A DNA stretch of 63,998 nt, counting the filler, from an uncultured bacterium (lineage in GTDB: Bacteria; DAOPZR01): the NCBI GenBank assembly GCA_964637655.1. It is 19 parts of 19 records of this genome, joined end to end, with 100 filler letters (N's around TTAATTAATTAA, not from the genome) between each part and the next. Parts side by side here need not be neighbours in the genome. Positions count along the whole stretch, not along the records: positions 61,543 to 63,998 come from CAZWUZ010000410.1; 18 more parts are not named here. One strand, given 5' to 3'. Positions 63,988-63,998 of this stretch are shown here, piece after piece. Below the pieces are notes generated by a model. The model saw only the letters and a program-made list of their open reading frames with translations, searched no databases and was not told the origin of the DNA. Position 1 is the first letter of the stretch; the number at the start of each line of letters is the position of its first letter. A program made the translations under genes and the position numbers.

Positions 63988-63998
63988 TTTCCGGAGGA

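Overview
This window is not one locus. It is 19 short contigs (~3.2-3.5 kb, in decreasing length order) from a high-GC bacterial bin, joined by artificial N...TTAATTAATTAA...N linkers, so adjacency is meaningful only within a contig. Most content is ordinary: secreted M4/M6/S8 peptidases, a PorV-like protein, two-component genes, fur-feoB, mlaEFD, xerD, an S1 protein, tRNA-Pro(GGG), two kup genes with a c-di-AMP riboswitch, and radical-SAM/methyltransferase clusters. The standout is contig 2 (3574-7016), a phage- or plasmid-like replication module: a RepB'-type primase, an array of AGTTCTGCTAG repeats in both orientations, and a UvrD-like helicase whose Walker A motif is split by a 4-nt insert (TGAC). 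Several small non-coding elements also occur: an IS66-like MITE with 8-bp target duplications (3 copies), a 47-bp dispersed repeat carrying two perfect DnaA boxes (2 copies), a 267-bp inverted-repeat element with a stuttered end, and a GGGGACAC palindromic repeat. All calls are from reading motifs by eye; no searches were run.
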